The notes beneath the pieces were generated by a model. The model worked only from the letters and a program-made list of their open reading frames with translations, did not search any database and was not told the origin of the DNA. A stretch of 64,000 nucleotides of DNA from positions 32,001-96,000 of the IMG/VR virus record IMGVR_UViG_3300033149_004566; one strand, written 5' to 3'. This document shows positions 37,898 through 48,834 of this stretch, one piece after another (the stretch's first letter is position 1; every line of letters begins with the position of its first letter). Position numbers and translations under genes: made by a program. Source of the stretch: a virus.

Positions 37898-38986
37898 ATG
37901 GGTGGATTAGAATACGTCGATGTCTACGTGAATACTGAAGGACTGTATCAGCCATTAACTAGGTCTTACGGAAATATTGGAATTGTTGGAACCTGTTTGT
38001 CTGGCTCCGATAATGAAGTTGAACAATGGACAAGCCCGATAGATGAGGAAGCTGTTCATGCATCTGGTGATTTGGTAAATGCCGTGTCGGATGCATTTGC
38101 TAATGGTGCTTTACGTGTTTTTACTGTAAAGTCGACGTCAGATAGCGAAACTGACATGTATGCGGCTTTATCAAAATTGGCATCTGAAGACGTGCAGCTC
38201 GTGCTGTACGCTGGACAACCGGCAACGGTTGCAAACACTGCGTCTGGAAGCACGTTATACGGATTGTTTAAAACACACGTATTGAATGCGTCTGCAGCTG
38301 GAAGAACAAGGATGGGCATAATAATGTTGGCCAGTGGAGCCGATACATCAGATATGGACACGGTAGTATCTAATATGACGAGTGAACGAATGGTATTGTT
38401 AGCTCATCATTCTAGTAGCGATATAGCTGCTTGTGCTGCTGGAGTGATATCTTATAGAGAGCCTCCAACATCCATGACGTTAAAACCGATAGTGTGTGAA
38501 CAGACAGAAGAATACAGCGACACCGATTTGGCTACGATTGTAGATTTACATATAATTCCTGTCACGGTTCCGTTATATTATAGTGGCAATGGTGAAGTAA
38601 TGGGTAAAAACTTCACGTTGGACGGAAGCGGAACGCGAAAATACATCGATATAGTGAGAACAATTGATGACGTTGTATTTTCATTGAAAGCTGGGTTGAC
38701 CAGCCCGAAGGTCATGGGAAATTTCAGGATGAATCTCGTTGGCATGAGATTGTTGTATTCTGAAGTAGCTGGAATATTAAATTACAAAAAAACGCAAAAA
38801 TACTTGGATGACTACAGGATAAACATACCATTATTGAATCTTCTCGAAAGGACAAACAGAACCGATGCCGAAACTGCGACCATGAATCAGATCATAAACA
38901 GTCTAATAGCAACTGTAGAAGTTGACATAATATATCGTGGAGCTTTGGAATCGTTGATAATTAACGTGAATTTTGTACCAAGTTGA
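37898..38986 (+). CDS. Contractile tail sheath protein
   Basis: IGIVG, AFANGA, YIDIVRTIDDV, LESLIINV. Confidence 0.9.
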   Translation: MGGLEYVDVYVNTEGLYQPLTRSYGNIGIVGTCLSGSDNEVEQWTSPIDEEAVHASGDLVNAVSDAFANGALRVFTVKSTSDSETDMYAALSKLASEDVQLVLYAGQPATVANTASGSTLYGLFKTHVLNASAAGRTRMGIIMLASGADTSDMDTVVSNMTSERMVLLAHHSSSDIAACAAGVISYREPPTSMTLKPIVCEQTEEYSDTDLATIVDLHIIPVTVPLYYSGNGEVMGKNFTLDGSGTRKYIDIVRTIDDVVFSLKAGLTSPKVMGNFRMNLVGMRLLYSEVAGILNYKKTQKYLDDYRINIPLLNLLERTNRTDAETATMNQIINSLIATVEVDIIYRGALESLIINVNFVPS

Positions 38987-38997
38987 GGTGAAAGAAT

Positions 38998-39534
38998 ATG
39001 TCTTTAAGTAACGATTGGAAAACAACTTTGGCGGTCTTTGTAAAAGATGAGAATGGAATGTACATGGTGACACCGATATTATCTGTTGCACCAACTATAG
39101 CCACTCCTGCTGCGCCAATTGATAGTGTTAACATGACAAACATGGGCTACGTGCATGGCCCGACCAGATTTTCTTTTAGGATGGCCGTACAGGCTCTACA
39201 ATTAAAGGACTCGTCTGGCGTGCCGTTGTCCGCACTCGGGGACTCTAACATCACGAATGTGGCATATTTGATGAAAATGCAATTGAACAGGACGGAGTTT
39301 TCTTTAGTATTGGTAGAGCAGGGCGATGATGTTTCTCAGATGGATTGGGTATTTTCACAGGTGATATTTAATAGATGTATAATCATATCTTCAGATGCGC
39401 CTACAGTGCCTCCTCCGGGTGTTGTTCCCACGATAACTTTCAATTGTCTAGCATTGGAATTACAGGCTGCTGCAACAGATCCTGCCGTAGAATTGACGAT
39501 AGAAACAAAATTTCCATTGGATGAATTGTTATAA
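38998..39534 (+). CDS. Tail tube protein
   Basis: Follows the sheath; beta-rich; PTITF..LAL. Confidence 0.75.
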   Translation: MSLSNDWKTTLAVFVKDENGMYMVTPILSVAPTIATPAAPIDSVNMTNMGYVHGPTRFSFRMAVQALQLKDSSGVPLSALGDSNITNVAYLMKMQLNRTEFSLVLVEQGDDVSQMDWVFSQVIFNRCIIISSDAPTVPPPGVVPTITFNCLALELQAAATDPAVELTIETKFPLDELL

Positions 39535-39557
39535 AAATAAAAAAAGGAGGATGAAAA

Positions 39558-40043
39558 ATGAATTCGAGTGAACTTACAAGATTGGAGAGTCTTTTACAAA
39601 AAGGAATCAATCATGAAGAAGAATTTTTCTTGCCGTATTATAAAACGAGTATAAAGATAAGACCGTTATCTAAATTTGAAATTAACATGTGTACAGCAAT
39701 GGCATTGGACGAAATTACGGATCCAGACACTGAATTGTATTTTTTTATGCGTAGTGATGAGCGCAAGGATTTCAAAAAAAGAATAAAGATGAAAGAATAT
39801 ATCAGGGCACAAAACATGTTGAATTTATACATAGTGTATGAATCCTTAAAAAAAATATATCCGAAATTATCGAAAGAGACAGTATCGAGGATAAACGGTC
39901 TTGAAGAAATTGCATCACGAATAATGGACATTTCATCAGCAAAGGAGGATGACGTGGAGTTTTTTCGTGGAGACGCTGAGGGGAGCTCAGCTAAGGATGT
40001 TGGTAATCGAAGCAGGACTAAAATTAGCGTCAAGACCTTGTGA
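39558..40043 (+). CDS. Tail assembly chaperone (G form)
   Basis: IKIRPLS..E; lies between tube and tape measure. Confidence 0.8.
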   Translation: MNSSELTRLESLLQKGINHEEEFFLPYYKTSIKIRPLSKFEINMCTAMALDEITDPDTELYFFMRSDERKDFKKRIKMKEYIRAQNMLNLYIVYESLKKIYPKLSKETVSRINGLEEIASRIMDISSAKEDDVEFFRGDAEGSSAKDVGNRSRTKISVKTL

Positions 40044-40230
40044 ATTATTGGCAAGTCAGATATATCTTTATGAGTTATGGTTGAGTAAAAGGCTGACCAA
40101 AAAACAAAAAGAAGCCATTCGTAATAACGATAGCATAATAACGTCATTTGAAACGAGAGAATCAATGCTCAGAAAAACAAAAAATTTAAGGGAATTGTAT
40201 GTCGGTAGACAAAATCGTCACGGAATTTGA
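39960..40230 (+). CDS. Tail assembly chaperone frameshift extension (GT form, +1 frame)
   Basis: In-frame GAG TTT TTT CGT at 39957-39968; overlapping ORF with P.EL..SQI.LY. Confidence 0.65.
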
Positions 40231-41194
40231 TGTCATAGGTCACGATAAATTGTTGTCCGTTTTAGACGAAGTAGAGCGCGGCGTCGAAAGGATGACTAGC
40301 AATGCTGAGAGACGCTTGGATGATTTAACTGAAAAAATACGGAACATGGGAACCGAATCCGATAAGTCAACACCTCTCATACAAAAAATGGGAAACGCGC
40401 TTTCCAAGGTTGTTAGAAAGTTGAGAGGGGTTAAAAATGTCGGCAATATAAACATAACTACAGGTGGTGCGGATGTATCGGAGTTGGGAAAAACCGAAGA
40501 ATTGGGCGGATTGACTCCGTTATCGTATTCAGGATTTAAATTGACAGAAGAGGAAAAAGAATACATTAAAAAATCCGACATAGAGTTACCAGAAGGCATT
40601 ACGCCGGAGGAATTGTTAAAAACTTTATCCAGCGTGAGGAAGAGATATCAGGAAAGTCAGAAAAATGTGAGCGGGCCAGACGTGTCGATGCTTCCCTTTG
40701 AGGACGTGTTAAAATATGGAGAAAGTGGAACCGAGACAGCGGGCCAAATGCGTAGCACATATGAAGATCTTTTGTACGAGACATTAAAAGAATTTACCAC
40801 TTCTGGAAGCACGTCAGTAACAAGACCCGAAGACGTCGAAGAGTTATTAAAAAAAGGGTTGGAAGTCGAGAGCGCATTGAGAAAAAAAAGAGTTCCCATC
40901 ACTGAAAAAGTTAGAGAAGTCGCCAAGAGTAGCGAAACATACGCTGGAAAACCCTCCGAAGAAGTCGAGGCATGGATGGGGGCTATAATGGGATTTCAAG
41001 AGATAGAAGCGCCGTTCAAAAAAATAGCAAATGAACTCGATAAAAGGGCAAGAGAAAGCAAGAAAGAGGCCGATGAAATATATGAAGCATTGGTCAGAAT
41101 GATAGAAGCCGAAAAAGAGGGCATAAAAAAATTCATAAAAGGAATAACAGAATCATCTGAAGTATTTAGAGATATAAGTGAGAGGCTCGGATGA
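40199..41194 (+). CDS. Putative (short) tape measure protein
   Basis: Position after chaperone; helical and charged. Confidence 0.55.
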   Translation: MSVDKIVTEFDVIGHDKLLSVLDEVERGVERMTSNAERRLDDLTEKIRNMGTESDKSTPLIQKMGNALSKVVRKLRGVKNVGNINITTGGADVSELGKTEELGGLTPLSYSGFKLTEEEKEYIKKSDIELPEGITPEELLKTLSSVRKRYQESQKNVSGPDVSMLPFEDVLKYGESGTETAGQMRSTYEDLLYETLKEFTTSGSTSVTRPEDVEELLKKGLEVESALRKKRVPITEKVREVAKSSETYAGKPSEEVEAWMGAIMGFQEIEAPFKKIANELDKRARESKKEADEIYEALVRMIEAEKEGIKKFIKGITESSEVFRDISERLG

Positions 41195-42117
41195 TGGAGT
41201 CTGACATGGCTGTTTTAATTGGATGGGTTCCGTTATTTTCCGTGGAATATATAGAACACACGCAAGGAACTGCAGTTTCGATATATAAGTCGGATATAGG
41301 ATATTGGGCTCCACAGGCGGTTGAAGACACGGCCGATCAAATAATTTTAAAGGGCGTGTTATATGGTGAAATGTGGCGTACTTGGAAGTTGATGTTGGAA
41401 GCACAGAAGAGCTCAAAAATGGCGTACTGGTTCATATCCAACATGTCACAATTATTTTATTGCGTCATAACGGCCCTGAAGTTTACAAATTCTTCGCAGA
41501 GAAGAAACGTTATAGATGTCGAGATTACCATAAGACAGGTTAAAAAAGTGGCCCAAGCCAGATGGTTGACAATAGCCAGTGCCGTATCGGCCATAGCAAC
41601 ATTCATGACGAGGGGCGCAAATGACATGGCGATAACATTAAATCCGTTTAACTTTACAGATAACGTCGTGAGAATAGCCACGTCTCTTGAAACTTTAGAA
41701 ACAAGAAAAGAATTGGTCGCAGAACTCCAAAAATATGCCTGGAATATATGGTACGCTAAAGAGTGGTTGAGTGCAAATGTTGCAAATACAATTACTGGTG
41801 ACGGAACAATTTATTACACGTTTTTTGAAGAGAATTCTGGCATCTATCCTAGAAATTATGAGATGTTTATAAATAATAGTGCCATTGTTGATATAGGCAC
41901 GATTGATTTTGGATTTTTTGGCAACAAAGACATAAATTACATGCCTCCGGGGACGATGGGTCGAATCATGACGGAAAAAATGGACGAAAACAACGAGCCG
42001 GTGTTGTATTATTTTCTCGCTGTAAACGATTCGGATTCCAATATGGTTAATGGCCAGGCAGTGACGATAACGGGAGTTGTGGGCACCGAGAAAAATCCCA
42101 TTATGGTGGTCGAATGA
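41191..42117 (+). CDS. Putative tube initiator / baseplate protein
   Basis: Tube-like N-terminal domain (I.LKG.L...VIT.L.F...I.IRQV); position. Confidence 0.55.
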   Translation: MMESDMAVLIGWVPLFSVEYIEHTQGTAVSIYKSDIGYWAPQAVEDTADQIILKGVLYGEMWRTWKLMLEAQKSSKMAYWFISNMSQLFYCVITALKFTNSSQRRNVIDVEITIRQVKKVAQARWLTIASAVSAIATFMTRGANDMAITLNPFNFTDNVVRIATSLETLETRKELVAELQKYAWNIWYAKEWLSANVANTITGDGTIYYTFFEENSGIYPRNYEMFINNSAIVDIGTIDFGFFGNKDINYMPPGTMGRIMTEKMDENNEPVLYYFLAVNDSDSNMVNGQAVTITGVVGTEKNPIMVVE

Positions 42118-42476
42118 GCACGAGTTTGGATGATTATTTATCGCAGTTCTCCGTCCTTCCGGTAGATCAAAACGAAAGATTTCCTCAACGTTGGAGCGTG
42201 ACGATAAATGACGAATTATACACGTTTGATGTTAGAGCTAATACGAGCATTATAGATCCGTTGTTTGAGGAGAATCCGAGATTATCCCTGACCGTGTATG
42301 ATTCTAATGATGAGATGTTGTTTACAAATCCTATTGGAGTTGGATACGAGGAAAAGATTTACGACGAAGACGGGATAAAATTTAGGATTTCCGTGCTTAT
42401 TGCCGATATTGCCAGAGAAAACGCGCTTGGAGAAACTGGCAATTTTGGAACGAATTTGGTGGTTGTTGTCAGGTGA
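42114..42476 (+). CDS. Baseplate small protein
   Basis: PQR.SVTIND..Y.F..R.N; position. Confidence 0.6.
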   Translation: MSTSLDDYLSQFSVLPVDQNERFPQRWSVTINDELYTFDVRANTSIIDPLFEENPRLSLTVYDSNDEMLFTNPIGVGYEEKIYDEDGIKFRISVLIADIARENALGETGNFGTNLVVVVR

Positions 42477-44080
42477 TAAATCCTTTAAACGTGGTTTCTA
42501 TACCGCTCAATTTCACTTCTATAAAGGATTTCCATCCCATATTTGAGTTGTATATGAGTGGATCTGGCGTATCCAGATTATGGGTTAGTAATGAAAATGT
42601 AGAAGGAAACATAATAATAGAGCGAGAGATAGATGGAATTACGAGGCTTAAGATGGATCTTTTCAATTTGAGTGAAAGCAAGTTGAATACCGGATTATTA
42701 TTGGTAAATGAATCTGAAAGATGGTATTTAACAATAAAGCTCGGTTTTGAAAGCGACGTGTCTAGACATATTTCATCTGTTGGTGATTTTTGGATAGATT
42801 ACGTGTATATTAATAAATTGGAAGACGGAACCATACATCTTCATATTAAAGGCACTGGATATTTGGATAAATATTTATCGGACGTGACCATAGATAATCC
42901 GATATATTTGGGAGTCATTACTACAAATTCATTCATCACGTTGTTAGGCGGTATATTGTCCGTATTTAATTATCCGAGGGTGAAAAAATATTCCATAGAG
43001 TTGCTGTCAGTTCCTCCGAAAAAATCGGACGAAGCATTGAGATGGAACGGCTCGGATGTTCCCGAAATGACAATACATGTCGGAAGTGTTAAGGCTGATA
43101 AAACTGGAGTGGAAATATCGAACGTGATTCCCATTCTTGGTGAAAGCTTGATCGATTTAATAACAAAATTTATGGTAAATAACGGTCTCAATGATGGCGT
43201 TCATTATTCTATAATAAATCGAAATATATTCATATCCGATAAAATATATGAATTGAGCTTGAGTGGAAAGGTCAATATAGGCAATTACGACATCATAAAC
43301 ATTAATCGAAAAAACATATCCGGAACCTATTATTACGAATTGACGCTTAATGGAAAGCCAGAAATTTTTCCCGGAAAATCAGTAATTTTCAGGTCTAAAA
43401 ATTTAATAGAGTCTGAATTTTCGCTCAATGAGTTGAATCGGGGACAAAAAGATATTTTGAATTTATCAAAAAAAGAAATGATAGTTATCAGTGCATCACA
43501 CGAGTTTAGAGCGAAAGAGGGTTTCTTGACAAAAGTGGTATTGGTTGATAACTCGTTAAAATCAAACGACTTGAAAAAGATATTGATGCATTCTTTATCA
43601 CCGTCTGCTAGGGTTTCTTTCAATATAAGACAACACGTGAATAGAAAATCGGAGATAAATAAAAATCCCTCATCGTATGCACAAATTGCAAACGTGGGAC
43701 AAAATGTATGCGAGTTAAAAGTTCCGAATCAAAAAAACATAATTCCACCACAAAAGTTAAAACGATTGACGAATTATTCTAACGTGTTAAACGTTACTAG
43801 ACTATATCCATTTATGGGAACCAAATTTGGAATGTCGGCTCCTTTAGGTATAGATGATTGGGTGGTATATGATAAGCTTGATGGTGAAAATCCAATTATT
43901 TTGGGTTGTATAAAGAATGAGACACAGACACTTCCATTTGGTGTTACGGAAAGTGATCTATTATCCAAGATAATTTTATATTATGGTAATAATTTGATAA
44001 TGATGGACGAACAGGAAATAACGTTGAAGGTCGGAGTCAGGACTTTTAAATTGACCGCTACCGGAGTTTCCGTGTCATGA
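42473..44080 (+). CDS. Baseplate hub fused to spike OB domain (VgrG-like architecture)
   Basis: L.IKLGF, G.PEI.PG, H.F...GF.T; C-terminal FG...P...DWVV....G..PIILG. Confidence 0.75.
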   Translation: MINPLNVVSIPLNFTSIKDFHPIFELYMSGSGVSRLWVSNENVEGNIIIEREIDGITRLKMDLFNLSESKLNTGLLLVNESERWYLTIKLGFESDVSRHISSVGDFWIDYVYINKLEDGTIHLHIKGTGYLDKYLSDVTIDNPIYLGVITTNSFITLLGGILSVFNYPRVKKYSIELLSVPPKKSDEALRWNGSDVPEMTIHVGSVKADKTGVEISNVIPILGESLIDLITKFMVNNGLNDGVHYSIINRNIFISDKIYELSLSGKVNIGNYDIININRKNISGTYYYELTLNGKPEIFPGKSVIFRSKNLIESEFSLNELNRGQKDILNLSKKEMIVISASHEFRAKEGFLTKVVLVDNSLKSNDLKKILMHSLSPSARVSFNIRQHVNRKSEINKNPSSYAQIANVGQNVCELKVPNQKNIIPPQKLKRLTNYSNVLNVTRLYPFMGTKFGMSAPLGIDDWVVYDKLDGENPIILGCIKNETQTLPFGVTESDLLSKIILYYGNNLIMMDEQEITLKVGVRTFKLTATGVSVS

Positions 44081-44406
44081 GTGCAATTTTGGTTAGGCCG
44101 CGGGGCGGATTTAATGCTAGCAATATTTCGACGTATTTCGTTATGGTTCCACCGATGGTAGCTCTATTAAACGTCACGGACACGTATCATGATAAATTAA
44201 AGGTGAATGACTTGCCGGCCGTATCCATGGTGACAATTCAATGGCAATCAACCGTGCCTCCATACGTGTTTAATTCGACTGTCAATGGATCCAGCATGAC
44301 GGATGTAGATGGAATGAAGATCATTAAAGTTGGAGATATTGGTGTCGGTAACGGCGTGGCCACGGTGATAAATTCACCGATAACTACGGAGTGGGTTTCT
44401 TTATGA
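44077..44406 (+). CDS. PAAR-like spike tip protein
   Basis: LKVND.PA...GSS...VDG..I...GD. Confidence 0.6.
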   Translation: MSAILVRPRGGFNASNISTYFVMVPPMVALLNVTDTYHDKLKVNDLPAVSMVTIQWQSTVPPYVFNSTVNGSSMTDVDGMKIIKVGDIGVGNGVATVINSPITTEWVSL

Positions 44407-44786
44407 GTAATAATTACGGCATAACTTGGAAGCTTGATGATGATTTCGACATCGAGTTTGATGATGACGGTGATGTTAAAATTATAGAAGATGTCGAAAC
44501 AGTATCGCAATCTTTAAGAGTATTATTTATGACACAATTTAAAGAAGATTTATTGGTTCCGGTATATGGTTTTGATAGAGAATCTATATTGGGGGCAGAT
44601 TTAAGATATGATGATCAGGTCAAATTGTTCGAGTTAAACGTGCAACAGGCGGCATATCAGGACGATAGGGTTGCTTACATCGTGGATTTGGTCACTATGA
44701 CCGAAAAAAGAGTTGGAACAATTGACATGAAATTACAATTATTGAATGGCGAGATGATTTCGCTCAGCATAGAGGAAATATTATGA
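44403..44786 (+). CDS. gp25/Mu gp46-like sheath initiator
   Basis: Q.L....T...E....P.YG.D...DDRV. Confidence 0.8.
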   Translation: MSNNYGITWKLDDDFDIEFDDDGDVKIIEDVETVSQSLRVLFMTQFKEDLLVPVYGFDRESILGADLRYDDQVKLFELNVQQAAYQDDRVAYIVDLVTMTEKRVGTIDMKLQLLNGEMISLSIEEIL

Positions 44787-45892
44787 CTGATTATGGCATA
44801 TCTGATGACGGCTTTCTGATCAAGAGTTATGATGTCATTTTGGCCGAAATGATTGCGAGAGCGCAGGAATATTTTGGCGAGAATGTCGATCTCAGGCCGA
44901 CATCGAGTCTTTATAAATTCATTCAAGTCGTGGCATATGAGATTTCCACGCAATGGGAAGCCATGGAAGCATATTGGTCTTCCAGTTTTTTAAAAACGGC
45001 AACTGGTTCGCCTCTAGATTATTTATGTAGTGATCTTGGTATAGAGAGAGAACAACCGGCCGCTGCTACGGGTTTTGTAACGTTTACATTATCTTCTGGA
45101 GCTCCAACCACGGAAGTTCCCGTTGGATCTACGGTTAGAACTAGCAATTATATATATTTTTCCACCGATATTGAAGTAAACATATCATCTGGATCCGCAA
45201 CCGTTCCAGTTACCGCGGTGGAAACCGGATCAAATGGCAACGTAGCGGAGGGATCAATAAACGTGATAGATCCGGAAATTACCAACATAGAATCCGTCAT
45301 AAATAACAGCGCAACGACCGGAGGATTGGATCTGGAAACTGACGTGTCTTTGAGACGGCGGGGACTTAACATACGGAGGTTCAATTACACCGCGTCTAAA
45401 ATTTTAGCGGACGTAGAGGAAGTATCCGGTATAAGACAAGCCAAGATAATTGAAAATTATCCCACGGAATATCAATTCACGTTATACGTGGCTCCTGACG
45501 TAGCTGGCTCGTTATCAAGCGGTAGCGAATATTACAGTCAGGCACTATATGATTCCATAGAAGATGCCGTGAATAACGCCAGGCCAGTATGTTCTGAAAT
45601 AATAATAGACGAAGTTACTCCAGTATCGGTTGAGATAGAAGCCGAAATGATGATTAAAGCCGGAGTTGACGTGTCGACAATAACTAATGGAATTTCCGAT
45701 AGGATAAATAGTTACATCTCCTCGTTGGAAATTGGCGATACCGTGTATCTTTCGCAAATTTCGTGGTGTTTCACGGAAGATAACAGCGTGATTGACGTGT
45801 ATTCCATAAAATTGAACGGCGTTGAATCCAATTTAAATCTATCTCCCGATGAGATAGCAACGTTTGGATCGTTATCCGTAACGGTGATTTGA
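44783..45892 (+). CDS. Baseplate J-like wedge protein
   Basis: ATG..LD, A.G.VTF, A...G..GNV, TGG.D.ETD..LR.R. Confidence 0.95.
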   Translation: MTDYGISDDGFLIKSYDVILAEMIARAQEYFGENVDLRPTSSLYKFIQVVAYEISTQWEAMEAYWSSSFLKTATGSPLDYLCSDLGIEREQPAAATGFVTFTLSSGAPTTEVPVGSTVRTSNYIYFSTDIEVNISSGSATVPVTAVETGSNGNVAEGSINVIDPEITNIESVINNSATTGGLDLETDVSLRRRGLNIRRFNYTASKILADVEEVSGIRQAKIIENYPTEYQFTLYVAPDVAGSLSSGSEYYSQALYDSIEDAVNNARPVCSEIIIDEVTPVSVEIEAEMMIKAGVDVSTITNGISDRINSYISSLEIGDTVYLSQISWCFTEDNSVIDVYSIKLNGVESNLNLSPDEIATFGSLSVTVI

Positions 45893-48834
45893 TGAGCTAC
45901 GAACGAATGCGCGGCGTTTTTACCACGCCGTATTTGAAAACTTTGTTGTTGGATAAGATAGGATCTGTATCGATCGTGTCTAACATTGCATCATATACGT
46001 ACGTGACCACAGTTGACGCGCCGTCTTCGTTGCTTTTAAAGATTTTTCAATTAAATGAAAATGATGTGAAAATCAGGATTTCTTATGATGATGAAAATCT
46101 GATCACTAGAACCGTCGAACACACCATAGAGAGAAACACGCTGGCCGACGAATATTTGTACGTGGATTTGAATGGATATAAAGTAAGAAAAGTAAACGAT
46201 GTTACCATAATAGACGGCACGGCTAATGACGGAACGTGGGAATTTTACACGTTGTCTTGGAATAATAGCAAGTTGTTCATGTTGTGTGCAAATTTTCTTT
46301 CAGAGATGTCGAAAACCAATAGAGATATCATGATGGAAAATTTTATAGATTATGCTACCACGATTGGATTGGAAAGGTGGGGGCAAGATTTAGATGTTGC
46401 CATAGGCGAAGGTTGGTCTGAAGAGATATACAGGACTATACTCAAAGCCATAAGAAGCTTTCACAATCCATCGGTTAATTCGTTGTATGACCTCATAAAT
46501 AGCTTTGAGGACGATGAGTTTTTCCACATTTTTGAGTTACACGATGGCGAATATCAATATAATGGTGGAATTACAAATGGTTGGCTTTTATATGCGACAC
46601 ATGACATGCCGACATCGTTTGAGATACAACGGGTTGTTGGCCAAGAAAATTTGACGGACGAACAATTGAGTTCCATATTGGATTATGTCAGGCCGGTTAA
46701 CACGCATTATTCGATAACACATCCGATACCCGAAGACGCCGATGAGTGGACTGATACCGATTTTAGAGATTATCAAGTTCAGTTAGATCACGATTCTACA
46801 GCAACTCCCATATGTGATACCACGTATAATGTCGGACAGACGATATCAAATGTCAGAACATCTCCTGGGATGGTATTGAGGGTGCGAAAAGTTACAAATT
46901 CATACACTCCTTCGTTTGATTATTACCGGGAATTGAGCTTGACCGAATCAAATGGCGTCGACAGAACTGATGAAGTGATTGTCACAAGCGTGTCTTCAAT
47001 AACATCTGGAAATTGTTATCATGATTCAATTAGAGTATATAATAGATATTCTACAGAAACGGAAATAACATCTCAAGTATTCAATAAGATACACGATACA
47101 TTCGATACTGATCATAATTTTACGAGTTCTACAGATTGGTCAGATCCTACTGGTTGGACTGTATCTGAAACTGTAAATTCATCTGTTCAAGTTTTACCAC
47201 ATTTCATGGGACATAAAAAAGTTGTTGAAATGTATTATGATGGCTCTGGATACATGTCTTTAACCGACACGTTTGCCAGCAGTCAAGTTGACGAAGTTAT
47301 AGAATTTTGGATCAGAATAGACGATGCTACTAATGGTGGATTTGCTGTTAATATAGATTCTAGTTCAACTAACGCAATTTTATTTGCAATATATCAAGGA
47401 AAATGGCAATATTATGATGGCTCGTCGTGGAACGATGTTGGAGAAAACGCATCTAGCGACACGTGGTATCATGTAAAATGTGATTTTGATTGCGATACTG
47501 ATACGTATAGCTTAACGATAAATAATGGAACAACACACGCTTCAATTCCTTTTAGAAATTCAGTATCAAATGTTGATAAAATAACTTTTGATAGACTTTC
47601 TGGTAATAGTTATACGGCTTATGTTGGTGCTGTCGATTACTCTTGGGAAACGGATTATTATGATGGAAGAATAAAATATCTAACGTCGTTTGACGTTGCA
47701 TTTCTTGCTGATGTGTCAGCAAATTCTACAGAATACTATAGGATATATTATCATTCGTCGTCAAAAGGAGATCCAGGATATACGGGAATTAGTAGATCTG
47801 GCAACGAAGTTACCTGTTCGGACAATACCACGTATCTTTTGGAATCTAGTACTACTTCGAGATTGATGGGTAATACACAAGAAGATAAAAACGGCGTGGA
47901 TTGGGCACTATATACTAATTATTTTAATTCGATTCTGAATTTATTTGACAGCAATCAGTCGCCGATTTGGTTGGAAGATGGAGCCGTATTTTGCGAGGGC
48001 GTTTTTTACGAGTCATCAAACGAATATGCCTATTTCACGTTTTACGATAACGATCTGATCAAGGAAACGTGGAAAGCCGATGCAGTACATACGACCGATT
48101 ACGTGCATGATTATGATGTTGGCGGCACGTTTGTTGATTATACGCGTTTATATTACAACAATGATTGGCAATCACATGCCTCTGGAGACGGAAATACCAA
48201 TTACGTGATCCAAACTGGAAAAATATTTTGGGATGACTCCGGCGACAAGGAAATAATTTACGTGTGGCTTTATTCAATAACCGATGAATCAAAAAACGTA
48301 TTGGTATATTCCAATCAAGTAGATCGCGTCATATTAAATATAGGTCATGATGGATCGGACACTCTTTTAGCAAATACGGAATATGAAGTATGGCACGGGT
48401 TTAGAGACGTAGGATCAACGTCTTTTAATTTAAAGAAATCTTATGTGGATGATTTATACACGGAAGTGGTGTCAAATCCGCTCACGCAGAGCTTGACATC
48501 TGAAAATAGTGAGGATACTATCACAGAGTTTTCAACTTCGTTAAAAATTGAAGTTTACGAGTGGGATACCGATTATTCCACCACGATTGCGGCCCCTCTG
48601 GTCACGAGTGGTGAAATCGATTTTAGCGACGTGCAGGTAGATTTTCAAGACATTCAAGTGACGTTTACGGATGTTGACTTGGACGAAACAAAAACTTATC
48701 TGATACACGTGTACACTACTGGTGGCAATGCAACATCTGATCCAGAAGGATATGGAAATTATTATGAAATTAGATACCAGAGTGGAAATCCATATCCATA
48801 TGGATCTGCATATCAAAATGGGAGTGAAATATAA
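45889..48834 (+). CDS. Baseplate wedge/tail protein with lectin (LamG-like) and DUF2341-like domains
   Basis: A...GLERWG...E..YR, RP..T; IEFWIR...WYHV. Confidence 0.7.
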   Translation: MMSYERMRGVFTTPYLKTLLLDKIGSVSIVSNIASYTYVTTVDAPSSLLLKIFQLNENDVKIRISYDDENLITRTVEHTIERNTLADEYLYVDLNGYKVRKVNDVTIIDGTANDGTWEFYTLSWNNSKLFMLCANFLSEMSKTNRDIMMENFIDYATTIGLERWGQDLDVAIGEGWSEEIYRTILKAIRSFHNPSVNSLYDLINSFEDDEFFHIFELHDGEYQYNGGITNGWLLYATHDMPTSFEIQRVVGQENLTDEQLSSILDYVRPVNTHYSITHPIPEDADEWTDTDFRDYQVQLDHDSTATPICDTTYNVGQTISNVRTSPGMVLRVRKVTNSYTPSFDYYRELSLTESNGVDRTDEVIVTSVSSITSGNCYHDSIRVYNRYSTETEITSQVFNKIHDTFDTDHNFTSSTDWSDPTGWTVSETVNSSVQVLPHFMGHKKVVEMYYDGSGYMSLTDTFASSQVDEVIEFWIRIDDATNGGFAVNIDSSSTNAILFAIYQGKWQYYDGSSWNDVGENASSDTWYHVKCDFDCDTDTYSLTINNGTTHASIPFRNSVSNVDKITFDRLSGNSYTAYVGAVDYSWETDYYDGRIKYLTSFDVAFLADVSANSTEYYRIYYHSSSKGDPGYTGISRSGNEVTCSDNTTYLLESSTTSRLMGNTQEDKNGVDWALYTNYFNSILNLFDSNQSPIWLEDGAVFCEGVFYESSNEYAYFTFYDNDLIKETWKADAVHTTDYVHDYDVGGTFVDYTRLYYNNDWQSHASGDGNTNYVIQTGKIFWDDSGDKEIIYVWLYSITDESKNVLVYSNQVDRVILNIGHDGSDTLLANTEYEVWHGFRDVGSTSFNLKKSYVDDLYTEVVSNPLTQSLTSENSEDTITEFSTSLKIEVYEWDTDYSTTIAAPLVTSGEIDFSDVQVDFQDIQVTFTDVDLDETKTYLIHVYTTGGNATSDPEGYGNYYEIRYQSGNPYPYGSAYQNGSEI

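Noticed and set aside
37898-45892. Stand-alone eCIS or tailocin
   Set aside because: Terminase, portal and capsid genes are in the same operon
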